From Octopus sinensis (lineage: Eukaryota): a stretch of DNA of 64,000 bases. Within the stretch, counting starts at the first letter, position 1, and every line of letters begins with the position of its first letter. The stretch is taken from assembly GCF_006345805.1 (NCBI RefSeq), contig NC_043007.1:72478001-72542000 (forward strand), read 5' to 3'. The position numbers were made by a program, and so were the translations under genes. Shown here piece by piece: positions 10,860-23,081 of the stretch. Below the pieces are notes generated by a model that was not told the origin of the DNA, did not search any database, and worked only from the letters and a program-made list of their open reading frames with translations.

Positions 10860-12247
10860 TATATATCATTAATACAAAAAGCTTTCATCAATTGATGATG
10901 ATGCCAAATGTTTTATTAATTCATTATCTGTTATACTGTGTGTGTGTGTGTGTGTGACACACTGTACTGATAATTATATATATTATATATCTGTGCAGAA
11001 TGCATACAACATTCATTATTGACAAAATATACAACTTTTGATAAACTGACTCTGAATATAACTTAAGCTAGACAATATATGAGGTGTTGTAATATTAAAT
11101 CTATCAAATATATGGAATATGTTATGTTGATGCAGTTATTAAAAACCAGTTTCAGTTTATTCAATATAACCTCTCTCTAGCCTATAACCTCTCTTCAAAG
11201 TGAAGGAAGAAAGGGATTGAGTGCAAGGAATTGTCTCCATTAGACCACAATCAACAAGTGACCCAGTCAGGCTGTGGGTCCCAGGACTTCAGTAGGAATC
11301 TCCTGAAACGTAAACAGGGTCCAAAGACTTCTATCCTGGAATTTAAGATGTTCCTCAGATTGAGGGACTTCTTTAATATTCTTGCCCATTCAGCTATACA
11401 CAGCTTACAATGCTTGCTCTCATTGATCTAGCAGCCCAGTTTTCCTAGGATCTTCTATTTGATTATGTATGGAGTTCCTTCATCCTTCAGGTGCCACACA
11501 TGGCATTTATATTTCCCTCCCTACTCTTGTAAACCAATCCTGTCCTCTCTGCCAACTGTATCATTACTATCCTGTTGTCTCACCTCTATAAACCTTGGTT
11601 TTACCAGTCACTGCATACCCTGTTGCTTTCCACCTCCTCTTTGCATTTACAAGAATTCACTATTCATACACCCTCAGTAATACTCTACTGTTTCATTTAT
11701 ATTCACATCCCTATACCCTGGCATATTGCAACCATCTCTCCTGCTCTCCCTCACCTTTGTTCTCTCTCATTCTTGTTCTCTCTCTAGACCTCTCCCTCTG
11801 ACTGGAGTAGCCATTTATCTCCTCTACAGCAAGACACCTTTTTCTATTCCTCTGTCATACTCTAACTTCTCATTACCTGACACAAAACCACTTTCTCAAT
11901 ACCATTCACCTCTCAAAGGATCTTTGTCTTGCAAGTTACTTCATAGGTGATAGTGCCATGGAAAAAGCACCTAGTACACTCTGTAAAGTGGCTAGTATTA
12001 GAAAGGGCATCCAGCCATAAAAACAATGCCAAAACAGACCTTCTTGGTGGTGATGCCATGTGAAAATCACCCAGTCCACTCTATAAAGTGGTTGGCATTA
12101 AGAAGAGCATACAGCCATGAAAGCTATGCAATAACAGACAGTGGATCCTGGTAGTCCTCTAGTTTGCCAGCTCCTGTCAAACTGCCCAATCTATGCCAGC
12201 ATGGAAGACAGACATTAAATGATGACGACAATGAGGAGGATATTCAC

Positions 12248-12281
<34 letters not shown>

Positions 12282-12559
12282 TACATATGTAGGAAATTCT
12301 GTCTGTGAGTGTGTTTGTGGAGTTGTTAACTAACTTCTCCTATATTGTTTTATCAATTTTCATGAAACTTGACACATGAGTAGAACTCATGTCTGGAAAC
12401 CTCATGGCATACTCAGATTGTTGGGGAAAAATCGATAATAGGGCCTCTGGAAGGCATCCTTATATATAGCTAAGGGGAATAACTCATTCATTTTCCTTAA
12501 TTATTTGATAAAAATCAAATTGAGTATGCTTATTTCTTAGTATTTGAACTGTTAGAGTT

Positions 12560-12830
12560 ATTTTCACAATTTATCCAGTACAACCCTTAAACAAAATGGA
12601 GATTGTTGTGTCAAAATAGTATGCAACTTTGTTTCAACCAGCATTAACAGGCTTTGGGGTGCAAGGCAAAGGAGAAAAGCAGTTGCAAATATATCACCTG
12701 CACTGACCAGTAATCCTCATACTTGCAACATCTGCTGGATTCTCTGCAAATCATTGGCAAGGCTCAAATGCCACATTCAACATACGCATTATGACTGACA
12801 GAGAATGTGTAGCTTGCCAGATCATTATAC
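12560..12830 (+). mobile_element. RTE-type LINE 3' end with a degenerate C2H2-like finger
   Basis: NPHTCNICWILCKSLARLKCHIQHTH at about 12711-12790, typical of RTE-BovB C-termini. Confidence 0.5.
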
Positions 12831-12852
12831 ACTGAAACTAACAGGAGAGTCT

Positions 12853-12897
<45 letters not shown>

Positions 12898-12900
<3 letters not shown>

Positions 12901-13184
12901 AAATAAGAAAATGGAGGAATAGATTCCTTTCAATCATCAACTTCCAGATAATACCAATTCATATAATTTATTAACTAATTAATTAAATAGGAACATCCAA
13001 ATCCAACAGAATAAGATAATACCAATGGTATTATCTTACTTATTGATGTATATTGTTTTATTCTGTCTTATTCTGTTGGATTTGGATGTTCCTATTTAAT
13101 TAATTAGTTAATAAATTATATGAATTTGTATTATCTGGAAGTTGATGATTGAAAGGAATCTATTCCTCCATTTTCTTATTTTGT
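12898..13184. repeat. Long near-perfect inverted repeat (119-bp arms, 49-bp spacer)
   Basis: 12898-13016 pairs with 13066-13184 with a single mismatch at 12955. The arm start resembles the sequence at about 16505-16560. Confidence 0.9.
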
Positions 13185-13438
13185 ATTATGAATTTGAGGT
13201 AAAACATTTTACCTTCGCCCATATAATACAATAAATGAACTAATTGTATTGCAATTGTAAGCATTTATGTATTAGCCTTTTGGGTATTTTACTGGCAGTA
13301 TATTGGATAAATGATATCCCATAGTGGGTTACAATCATAACCCCTATCTCACTTTATATATATATATATATGTACATGTATGTGTGTGTACATCGCAAAT
13401 ATTTAGAAACTTCAAGATATGAAATGAATCATTCTTAA

Positions 13439-13541
13439 CGGTGAAGCTCAAAGTAGATAAAAACCATAAATAGAATTTAGACAGCAGTAAATAGTATTTA
13501 CAAGCTATTATTTGTAGCTTCATCTACTTCAAGTTTCACCA
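13439..13541. mobile_element. Small TTAA-flanked MITE
   Basis: ttaa|cggtgaagctcaaagtagat ... atctacttcaagtttcacca|ttaa, with imperfect TIRs. Confidence 0.45.
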
Positions 13542-13562
13542 TTAAAAGATTTATTTCATATA

Positions 13563-13875
13563 CAGTGGAACCCTGGTTTACAAATTTAATTTGTTCCTGA
13601 AAGCCATTTGTTACCTGTAATGTTTGTAAGCTGAAACTTTTTGCTTCATAGGAAATTCAAGACAAGGCACAGCAAATTTGTGCTGGGATTTGCACTGAGC
13701 AAAAGCTAGACAACAATTGACACTCCCAGCTCATCACTAACCATTGCTGCAGGCTTGCATGTTCATTACTCAAAACACCGTTCAGCATCTGAGATGTTTT
13801 ATGTTTAAAAAATTGTTTGTAAACTGATTTGTTTGTGATGAGAATGAGGGGTGTTTGTAAACTGAGGTTCCATTG
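13563..13875. mobile_element. Tigger/pogo-like MITE
   Basis: TA-flanked; TIR cagtggaaccctggtttacaaa versus caatggaacctcagtttacaaa (18/22 identical). Confidence 0.75.
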
Positions 13876-14113
13876 TATATTATCTATATATAGTAATGCC
13901 TCAATATACAAGTTAACTTGTTTCCACAGTCTGCTTGTAAAGTGAAAATTCATAAAGCAGAGCTATAATTTCCCATAGTAACAATGTTATCAATCATAAT
14001 TCATTCCCCCCCAAATATTTTATCTATAAAATTTATAATACTTGAAAATAGATGGCAATGAAACAATAGGAGAATGTAAAGAACATTTATGTAGAGTAAA
14101 ACTAATGTTATGT

Positions 14114-14440
14114 GGAGGCGCAATAGCCCAGTGGTTAGGGCAGTGGACTCGTGGTCGGAGGATTGCAGTTTTGATTCCCAGACCGGGCATTGCGTGTGTT
14201 TATTGAGCAAAAACACCTAAAGCTCCACAAGGCTCCTGCAGGGGATGGTGGCGACCCCTGTTGTACTCTTTTGCCCCAACTTTCTCTCACTCTTTCTTCC
14301 TGTTTCTTGAGTAACGCTGCAATGGACTGGAGTCCCATCAAGCTGGGGGGAAGACATATGCCATAGAAACTAGGAAACCAGGCCCATAAGCCTGGCTAGG
14401 CTTGAAAAGGGCACATAAATAAATAAATAAATAAAAAAAA
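14114..14440 (+). mobile_element. SINE family D with target-site duplication
   Basis: aaaactaatgt at 14098-14108 and 14437-14447; (TAAA)n tail. Confidence 0.8.
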
Positions 14441-15379
14441 CTAATGTCAAGATCCTGAATCACTTTCACTTGTGCGCACCATCACTTATAGACACAATCG
14501 CTAATTCACAAGCACTCATAGATGGACCTGTAGATTTCTTTTTTAAAAAACAAGCCTAGAGTTTGCTTAGAAGAAGCTTTTTTTCACTCTCTATAAATTT
14601 CTGGGTAACATGCAGAAGCAGTTGGTAGTGGAAACTTTTGCACTTTATTCAAAATTTGGTTCTTGTGCTTGAAAAATTTCAGCTCACTATACAAAAGTGA
14701 GCTGAAAAATAAAACTCATAAACCCAGCACCTTGTGAAGCGAGTCCTCATAAAGTAAGGTATTACTGTATATAAATACATGCATGCATATACATACATAC
14801 GTACATACATATATGCATACATACATACATGTATATATATATATTTCATTTTTGGATTTGGTTTGCAATATTCTTTATGTGAGTTTGTGTGTTGAAGCAC
14901 AAATTTATGTGTGAGGAGAGTTATTCTCTATTAGTGCACTTCACACAAGGACACATGGAGACACACGTCCACACATATGGAGATAGAGATCCATACATAC
15001 AGACACAGTCACAAAAACCCATACACACACACACATGAAAACACACAAACACATGAATATGCACACAAACGTACACACATTCATACATATATCATACATA
15101 TATACATACACACACACATACATACATGCATACACACACTTACATGCATGCATACATACATACATGTATATGCACACACACACACTGACCAACACACATA
15201 CGCACAAACAAACAAAAACAACACAGCTTGAATAACGGACAGAGTCAACAACTATTGAAAAGGTTGCAAGACGCAATGAAAATTTTAGAAAAATAAATAA
15301 GTAAATGAGTGGAAATTTTACTGGTGAGTGTGTTAAATTATAAGGCACTAAAAGAGAATGACCCTCCCCAGACACAACA

Positions 15380-15417
<38 letters not shown>

Positions 15418-15558
15418 GATGATGATGATGATGATATATATATATATACCCTCTTGTTTACTACTTCCGCCTTTTCAGTATGTTGACCTCGTGAAGACCA
15501 CTTGCATTTTTTTTCCCCTCTGTCCTCCCACCTCAGGATCTTTCTTTCTCCTATGTTT

Positions 15559-15585
15559 CCGACGAAGAGCTCCGCTCGAAACGTC
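15559..15585 (+). ncRNA. Minimal hammerhead-like core with a U4C change; second copy at 16101-16127
   Basis: CCGACGA-A-GAGC-TCC-GCTC-GAAA-CGTC. Confidence 0.4.
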
Positions 15586-15801
15586 ATACCCTCTTTCTTC
15601 CCTTTTTTCCTGAGCGCCCAATAATACTTTAATTGTTCCACATCCTCGCGTTGTTTTCTTTTTGTCTTCTTGTTTGGATTAACTTTATATATATAGTTAA
15701 TCCAAACATGAAAACACAAAGAGAAAGCACAACAACGCGAGGACGTGGAACAAGTATAGTGTTATTGAACGCTCAGGAAAGGAAAGAAAGAAGGAGGATT
15801 T

Positions 15802-15828
15802 AACGTTTCGAGCAGAGCTCTTCGTCAG
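15802..15828 (-). ncRNA. Minimal hammerhead-like core, intact; second copy at 16344-16370
   Basis: Minus strand reads gttt-CTGACGA-A-GAGC-TCT-GCTC-GAAA-CGTT-aaat, with a palindromic ACGT helix III. Confidence 0.5.
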
Positions 15829-15922
15829 AAACAGGAAAAGGAAAGATCCAAGGAAGGGAAGAGGGAGGAAAAAAATCGCCAACGGTACACATGCGGTCAC
15901 ACATATATCTATATCTATATAT

Positions 15923-15956
<34 letters not shown>

Positions 15957-16455
15957 AACGATGATGATGATGATGATATATATATATATACCCTCTTGTT
16001 TACTACTTCCGCCTTTTCAGTATGTTGACCTCGTGAAGACCACTTGCATTTTTTTTCCCCTCTGTCCTCCCACCTCAGGATCTTTCTTTCTCCTATGTTT
16101 CCGACGAAGAGCTCCGCTCGAAACGTCATACCCTCTTTCTTCCCTTTTTTCCTGAGCGCCCAATAATACTTTAATTGTTCCACATCCTCGCGTTGTTTTC
16201 TTTTTGTCTTCTTGTTTGGATTAACTTTATATATATAGTTAATCCAAACATGAAAACACAAAGAGAAAGCACAACAACGCGAGGACGTGGAACAAGTATA
16301 GTGTTATTGAACGCTCAGGAAAGGAAAGAAAGAAGGAGGATTTAACGTTTCGAGCAGAGCTCTTCGTCAGAAACAGGAAAAGGAAAGATCCAAGGAAGGG
16401 AAGAGGGAGGAAAAAAATCGCCAACGGTACACATGCGGTCACACATATATCTATA

Positions 16456-16503
<48 letters not shown>

Positions 16504-18599
16504 GCAATAAGAAAATGGAGGGGATCAATAGGGGGTTCATCAACTTTTAGACATTATATTAACTTATTTATTTATTTACTAAACTGTATGTATGTGTGTG
16601 TATGATACACACATGTTCTTTAGTGAACATTAAAATATCTACTTAAAAAATTCTCTATCATTGTGACATATTTACATGGTAAACAACACTCTAAATATAA
16701 ACAGGAAAAAAACATAATTATTACTAACTACAAACCAAATAAATCTCACCATCCATGTACATTCTTTTGTGAACCCTTAAATACCAATATCCTAAAAGCT
16801 AACATACCAAGAAAATACATCTAACTACCAAGGTTAAAACACTAAACTGAACTTTAGAATTTAACCTTCACATTCTCAAAACAAAATGTAAACAATCATT
16901 AATGTCTAAATAAACCCAACAACAACCAAGTCATGTGACAGTTTTGCTAACTAACAATCTTACTATGTTCTTTAGTGAACCCCTATGATCTGAAGATGAC
17001 ACACCTAAACATACACACCTAATTACATAGCTTTACATGCATGAATAAATTCTAACAATTAGTACTTCTCCAAGTTTAGTCAAAAAAATCTCCATACCAC
17101 CTTACCACAACAACCTAGCATAAAGCATAATTACTATTCAACAGAACTCAGGTTACCCAAGAAAATTTTTAACTTAGCACAGATTATATAAAGCCAAGAT
17201 GAACGTAAATGAATTACACTCTGATGTTCTTAGCCTATGATGGCATGAGGGATATTAGTGGATTGCAATTTGTAAACACCCACTTAACTTAATACATCAT
17301 CATGACCGCCATCACCACTACCTTTGCCGCTGCCATCACCGCCACCACCACCACCACTGCCACCATAACCACCACCACCACCATCATCATTCTCATTTAT
17401 CGTCCTTGTTCCTTGCTAGCTTGGGTTGGATGGTTTGATAGGATCTGATGAGTCCAAGAACTACATTGTGTTCCAATGCTTGGGCATGGTTTCTACTGCT
17501 GGATACCTTTCCTAATATCAGTTCCAAATTTTGGCACAAGGTAGGGTATAAGTCAAATACATCGACTCACTGGTACTTATTTTATTGACCCTGAAAGGTT
17601 TTGCATCAGAGACAGGGTGTGCAAGGAGTGATGTTGTAGCGTTCGTGTTTCAGTGCGTCGAAAGCTTTGGTTTGTGTAGGAGTCAGCGAAATGGTTTTAT
17701 TCTTCATGTGTCAGTTCTGGAGAAGCTTGGTGAGTGGAGACAGGAGTCCAGTGCAGCGAGGAATGAATCAACGATAGAAGTTAAGTAAACCAAAGAAATG
17801 GCATAACTGATGAAAGGAAGCTGGAGGAAGAATGTCCTCAATAGCTCGAAGTTGTCTGGTAGAAGTTGAATGCCATCTTTGTCTATGATGTGACCATGGC
17901 AGTGAGCAGGAAAATTAATCCAAAGCAAGGCAAGACATGCACTTTGAGAACAGCTGTACATGTGTAATGCACCACAAGATTACGCAGGAACAAAGAAGGT
18001 GAGCAAGAAGGGAAGACATATTGAAAACAAATGCACCCACATAGTTTAAACAGAAAATTAAGCTAGCATGTTATGGATGTCACTAATGGTTTGTTTTCTT
18101 TGAAAAATATTTTCTGAAGAAATATTTTGATGTTGGGTTGTCACCAATGTAAAAGGTCACCAATGTTGGACATCACTGGTTTAGAGTCACCAATTGAGTG
18201 AGTGTGGTGTCTAATTTATAGTATGAAAGTTGGTAAAAAGAAAAATATCAGAAGGCAATTTTTTAATGAAAATATTTTTTAATTAACAAGACCTGACAAG
18301 TAGTAAGATGTGTAGCCTGTGTGTGTGCGAGTCAAGGAAAGCTGATATCACTTATGTTAGAAATATCAATTTAGTGGTAAGGCATAAGCTGATATAATTC
18401 AGAGTTAGCTGTGCAAAGTTGATGTGAAAACAAAGAGCTGTTCAATGTTGAGAAAGAGATGTTATATGATTCAGAGTTAGCTGACACAAAGTTGGTGTGC
18501 AAAACAAAGAGATTGTTCCATGCTGAAAGAGAGATGTTACTCTTCTGTCAACTATCTGGTAGCTAGTTAAAATTCCCACTTCTCTGTTTGGGCAGAGAA

Positions 18600-19650
18600 C
18601 TACATTTGGTATTCATACACACCCAGCCCTGATTGGCTGGAATATACCATAGCACAACTGTACTATGATGCGACAACAAAAATAGCTTTCCTGAATCATT
18701 ACAAGGTTCTTGATTCAAGGTTTCACTTCCATACTTGGAAGTTCCTCTCTAAAACTATCAGTGATTCATCTCAAGGAACTGTTATTCACATACAGACGTT
18801 CCTATGGGCAACTAGTCTTAAATTCCTTTGTTAAAGCCAGGAGGAAGACCATAATACATAAAGAGGGAGCTGAGAACTAAGTCTTGGTATTCACTAATCT
18901 GTTCACAAAATTCCTTACTGATGGCATCTTTGAACATGCCATTTACTATCTCTCGTTTTCTTAACAACCATCAGTATACAGAGCATGGAATCCTGTCAAT
19001 TTAAGTAAAATGGTTTACTTTATCCTAAGTATTTCCTAAATAGTTGTCTCATTAAGGCATTGATGGTTTTTCTTCCTATCATAAACCTGAGCTGCATTTC
19101 ATCTAGGTTAATTTTCTTTTTAACCAGTTATGTTGTAACTCTTACAGTAACCTTCATAACCTAGTCCATCATTATGATGTCTCATTCTAGAGCATCTGTT
19201 ACCTTTGCAGCACATGCTGATGATACTGCTACACAAGTCATTATATTTGACATCTTTCTATACTAACGCATTGACTATATCAGAGACAATCTTCTTTCCT
19301 ACTTTGCCAGAGATTTTAAATGTCTCAGTGACTCAACCTGATAGTCCAGTTGCTTTCTCTACTCTCATATCCTTATTCATACTTAAAATGTTTATGGAGG
19401 TGGAGCTTTTTGTAATGTCTTTCTCTCAAACATTTTCGATTTTCAACGATCTTATTCAAATAGTGTTTCCTTTCCTCTCTCTTTTCACCATCAATAATGG
19501 TAAGTGCACCATTATCCATAATGATCTCTCAATCTTCTTTTGTACACAGCCTTGCAATCTGCAATACCTCTCCTGTTTATCCTCATGCTGCAAAATGTGC
19601 AAGCCTCTTACTTTGGCTTCTGCTTTTGGTAAATGTACCTGACATCTAGT
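18600..19650 (-). pseudogene. Heavily degraded RTE LINE reverse transcriptase fragment
   Basis: KATGLSG..TETFKISG..KIVSDIVNA..DLCSSII and LALTKEFKTSCP*ERLYVNN, homologous to the better-preserved RTE copies at 31-37 kb and 54 kb. Confidence 0.55.
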
Positions 19651-19835
19651 GTCTCTTCTAGCTATTTCATATTGTGTGTGTGTGTGTACTTGCATGGGTA
19701 TTGATATATAAGGTGACCATAAAGTCTGGACATATAGGCAAAAATACGATGGCATGCATTAAAAGTACCTGTTCTTTGTCAATATGATCATCTCTTGCAT
19801 CCACTGAGTAGTATCGATTGAATTCTTTCTCCTTT

Positions 19836-20030
19836 TTTGGATTCGGTTTGCAAGATTCTTTATATGAGTTCGTCTGTTGAAGCATATTCTGTTGTGTCTG
19901 GGAAGAGTAATTTTCTTTTTGTGCCTTATAACGTAACACGCTCACCGGTAAAATTTCCACTTTTTTCTTATTTTTATTTTCCTAAAATTTTCGTTGCGTC
20001 TTGCAACCTTTTCGATAGTTTTGACTCTCC
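19836..20030 (+). mobile_element. Unclassified interspersed repeat; partial copies at 14851-14940 (+) and 15241-15380 (-)
   Basis: Shared sequence tttggatt.ggtttgcaa.attcttta...gtgccttataa..taacac.ctcacc.gtaaaatttccac. Confidence 0.6.
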
Positions 20031-20322
20031 TTTGGAAAACTCAATTGCAGAAGGAAAGCTCAAGAATATTAGTGACATTTCCCATGTATCCAGGCTTTAT
20101 GATCACCCTGTATACGCTCACATACTTACATTTATTATCATGCATTCAACCTCAATGTACAACTAGACCCTAACAGGCATTAATGTTATTCATTTACATA
20201 TCACTAGAGTCATTGTATGTGTATAGTTTTTTGTGGATGAGTTGACATAGGTTACACTTTAATGTATGTTTAATAAGAACAATTAACCTTGCTTTTTTTA
20301 GCAGACCTTGTCACTAATACAC

Positions 20323-20359
<37 letters not shown>

Positions 20360-20856
20360 GAACAAACCTCCAAAGAACTGCTCAACTAGTTTCATTAGGA
20401 ATGTCTATTCATGTCACCTTTCATAGTGCAAGAACTAACCCATATACTTAGAAAAAAAGGCAATGAGTGACAAGAGCCGATTTGACTAACTTTCATAACA
20501 ATACATTCACTGCTAGGGTGCATTAATAACTTAAGAACTGAGACGGTATTTCTGTGAATAAATCGTGAATATGTGAACGTATGTTTGACAAATAATTACT
20601 GGTTAAATTTTCTTCGGGTTATTTGTCCTGAAGAAAGGTCTTTCGTGTTTAAATTACAGGAACTATTTAAAGGCAGGTTGAATATTTGTTAATTGTATAA
20701 ATGTTGACTTATTTTACAATTCATACACACTACTATATAAACGTCAACAGCTATACTGATTTAAAATATGACGGCGAGGAAGACACCTAAACCATCGGGG
20801 TTGTGGTGATATTTAAAAGTACATGTCTCAATACTTTATATTCATTATTAATGTAC

Positions 20857-20919
20857 CCTGCCAGAGAATGTACTGATGTGTAACGGAGTAAAATCGGCGC
20901 CCGTTGTATTATTTTTCAT
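20857..20919 (-). CDS. Candidate first coding exon of a divergent gene, possibly an ankyrin-repeat protein (exon 20936-20857, ATG at 20919)
   Basis: On the minus strand: acceptor tatatttatcctacag|, then 17 nt of UTR with an in-frame TGA, then ATG and exactly 21 codons (MKNNTTGADFTPLHISTFSGR), ending at the phase-0 donor CAGG|gtacat. TPLHIxxxxG resembles the ankyrin consensus TPLHxAxxxG. The exon is CpG-rich. No downstream exon was identified. Confidence 0.5.
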
Positions 20920-21096
20920 CTGTCAGCTGTTATACTCTGTAGGATAAATATAAGTAGACACTTTCGAAGACATAAACAACCAGTCAAAACTAGTCGAGAC
21001 GTTCTCAGTTTCGACCTGAGGACTTTATACCTTGAGGTTGTATAATTAAACATACGTGGTGAACAATTTATCCTCGCATACACTATCTCTGCGCTT

Positions 21097-21134
<38 letters not shown>

Positions 21135-21274
21135 ATAATATATATATATATGAGTGGTCTAAGAGACCATAAGTGAAGGGAAGGATGCACTCGTATATCT
21201 GTCAGTAAAGTGGTTATATTATCCGAAAAGGATATACTATAGCCATAATGGATGTTTAATACTATACTCTTCGG

Positions 21275-21356
<82 letters not shown>

Positions 21357-22515
21357 GGTGAGAGAGAAAGAGAGAGAGATGCATATGCACACAGGTAGAT
21401 CGATCGATCGATAGATAGACGCATATACACAAACACACACACGCGACATGTGTGCGCAGTTAATCGACATAACACATGTGCTTTTCGTTACTGGATATTC
21501 TGTTTAAGGTCGCGGTTGAAGTTTTAATAAGTAGGGATTGACTGAAGATTACGCCTTGTTTATCAGATTTTACTGTTTCCTTAACTTATGTAGTTTCCAT
21601 GCATGTGAGTAAAGTGAGTATATGTTTAACTTGTGAGCTAACATCACATTTAACTTGTAGCTGCTAATAATCTGACTAAACTGACAGGTTGTTAGAAAAT
21701 GTGTATAACTATATAACTGTCTATAAGCCTTTTGAGTTACGTATGCAGTCAGGGAGGGGTTAAACGAAGAACGAATGCTTAAATACACATACGTACACAG
21801 AAGACAAAATAAAACATTTTAAAAATCTAATGCGAGAGGAATTCTAAAATTTATTGTCAGAAATCAAGAGATGAGTAAATAGATTTCTGTCGATGTGTTA
21901 ATTTTTGTTGTTACATTGTTAATTAAATACGATATATATATATATATATATATATATGTAATCATGAGCGGGCGTACATTTTTGTGTTAGATATATACAT
22001 GCTCAAATTAATGTAGGCATACATTAATATTTTCATAAATTATGATTACTGAAATCTCGATGAAGAAACCTCAATTCAGCGATACATTTAAATCTATTCA
22101 CAGATCGTGTTGCGTTTATCTACGTTTATACTGAAAATATAATTTGAATACCTGATAATTCGACTCGCAAAATAAATACCGACACATTAGCAAAACGAAT
22201 TCAGAATTTAAATAAAAAGAATAAACATCAAACGCTGGTTTTATGCGACAGTAACTCAATGTAGTTAGAAAACGCATAAGAAAATATGATCCTTAATCTA
22301 TAAAACCTTTAAATACTGTTATAGTTCTAGAATTATATTGTGAGAAGCTGATGTCTAGTTATGCAATATATTTCTTGTATTAGTGTTATCATTCTATAAG
22401 CTTATCTCTGATTTAAATATTGCAATTAATTTTATGCCAGTTGTGTATAGAACTTTAATATCATATATATGACGTTGACAAGAAACCGGCAAGGATATTA
22501 TTTTGTGTTTAATAC

Positions 22516-22600
22516 CTATTTTTAGGTTTAATATCGCTGAATGAATTTAAAGGAGGAACACAGGACATTGGACTGAAGATGAAAAATTAAACCCCTACCA
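22516..22600 (-). other. Candidate non-coding first exon of the divergent gene (5' boundary approximate)
   Basis: Minus-strand donor AG|gtatta at 22516/22515 lies about 85 nt downstream of the minus-oriented ETS site. It could splice to the acceptor at 20937 (1579-nt intron). Confidence 0.35.
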
Positions 22601-22841
22601 CTTCCGGTAAATACTGAATTATCTGCCCCTATTTCTTGTTAATCCAGAATTATTCCTCATTATTCCACAGAACAACTGATGTTGCCTAGATAATGAGACT
22701 ACTGCTGCTGATGGATAATATTTATTAATTAAACGCAGAAATATTATATTTTACACAAACTACAATATTAATTATTACAGTTTTTGTTTGAAACATTCAT
22801 TAAAGAAATCTGTCTTTGCTATGATGCGCATGTCCGGAAAT
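22599..22841. promoter_or_regulatory. Putative bidirectional promoter core
   Basis: CCGGAAGTG on the minus strand (22599-22607, ETS/GABP consensus) and CCGGAAAT on the plus strand (22834-22841), the latter abutting TGCGCATGT (22825-22833, NRF1-like). It lies between two oppositely oriented candidate exons. Confidence 0.5.
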
Positions 22842-22982
22842 TGTGGTTGACAGGTTCCAGTGGTAATTTTTAGGTTCCAGAATGTCTTCTTGTGTCGTGA
22901 AACCTAAACAGAGAAATATGAAAGAAAAACAATTACGTGATTGATAGCAGATTAATTATATTTGGATATTACAGTTTTAGCA

Positions 22983-23081
22983 ATGTGTGCAGCTCCTGTT
23001 GAAATATTAAGAAGAAATCCTCAAGAAGATTTCGAACTTATTCAGCGCGTCGGAAGTGGAACGTACGGTGATGTTTATAAG
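22983..23081 (+). CDS. MAP4K3: First coding exon of a STE20/GCK-I family kinase (MAP4K3/MAP4K5/happyhour orthologue), N-terminal kinase subdomain I; missed by the ORF track
   Basis: Manual translation gives [33 protein letters not shown], followed by the phase-0 donor AAG|gttagt at 23082. [24 protein letters not shown] is the hallmark N-terminus of MAP4K3/5, with an intron at the same position as in vertebrate MAP4K3. MAP4K3 versus MAP4K5 cannot be resolved, since invertebrates have one co-orthologue. Confidence 0.93.

Larger units (their letters stand above)
15380..16500. repeat. Tandem duplication (period 542 bp), each unit made of two tail-to-tail PLE-end-like segments and bounded by (TA)n
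   Basis: 15419 corresponds to 15961 and 15559 to 16101. Each unit is an imperfect inverted repeat centred on gtttggattaact-ttatatatat-agttaatccaaac. Confidence 0.9.

Noticed and set aside
14941-15375. Long ORFs rich in YI/CV/HT (also around 21083, 24460, 28892-29296, 34602 and 55936)
   Set aside because: They are translations of (TA)n, (CA)n and (TATG)n microsatellites.
16750-16791. 42-nt minus-strand segment with AG/GT boundaries as exon 3 of the divergent gene
   Set aside because: It has a stop in the required phase-0 frame and no ankyrin continuation.
22526-22610. Myb-like peptide RRNTGHWTEDEKL and an apparent plus-strand exon (ag|22526-22606|gt)
   Set aside because: All three frames contain stops within the putative exon, and the peptide has no start or continuation. 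The GT overlaps the ETS motif, so it is better explained as promoter/UTR sequence; a non-coding plus-strand exon is not excluded.
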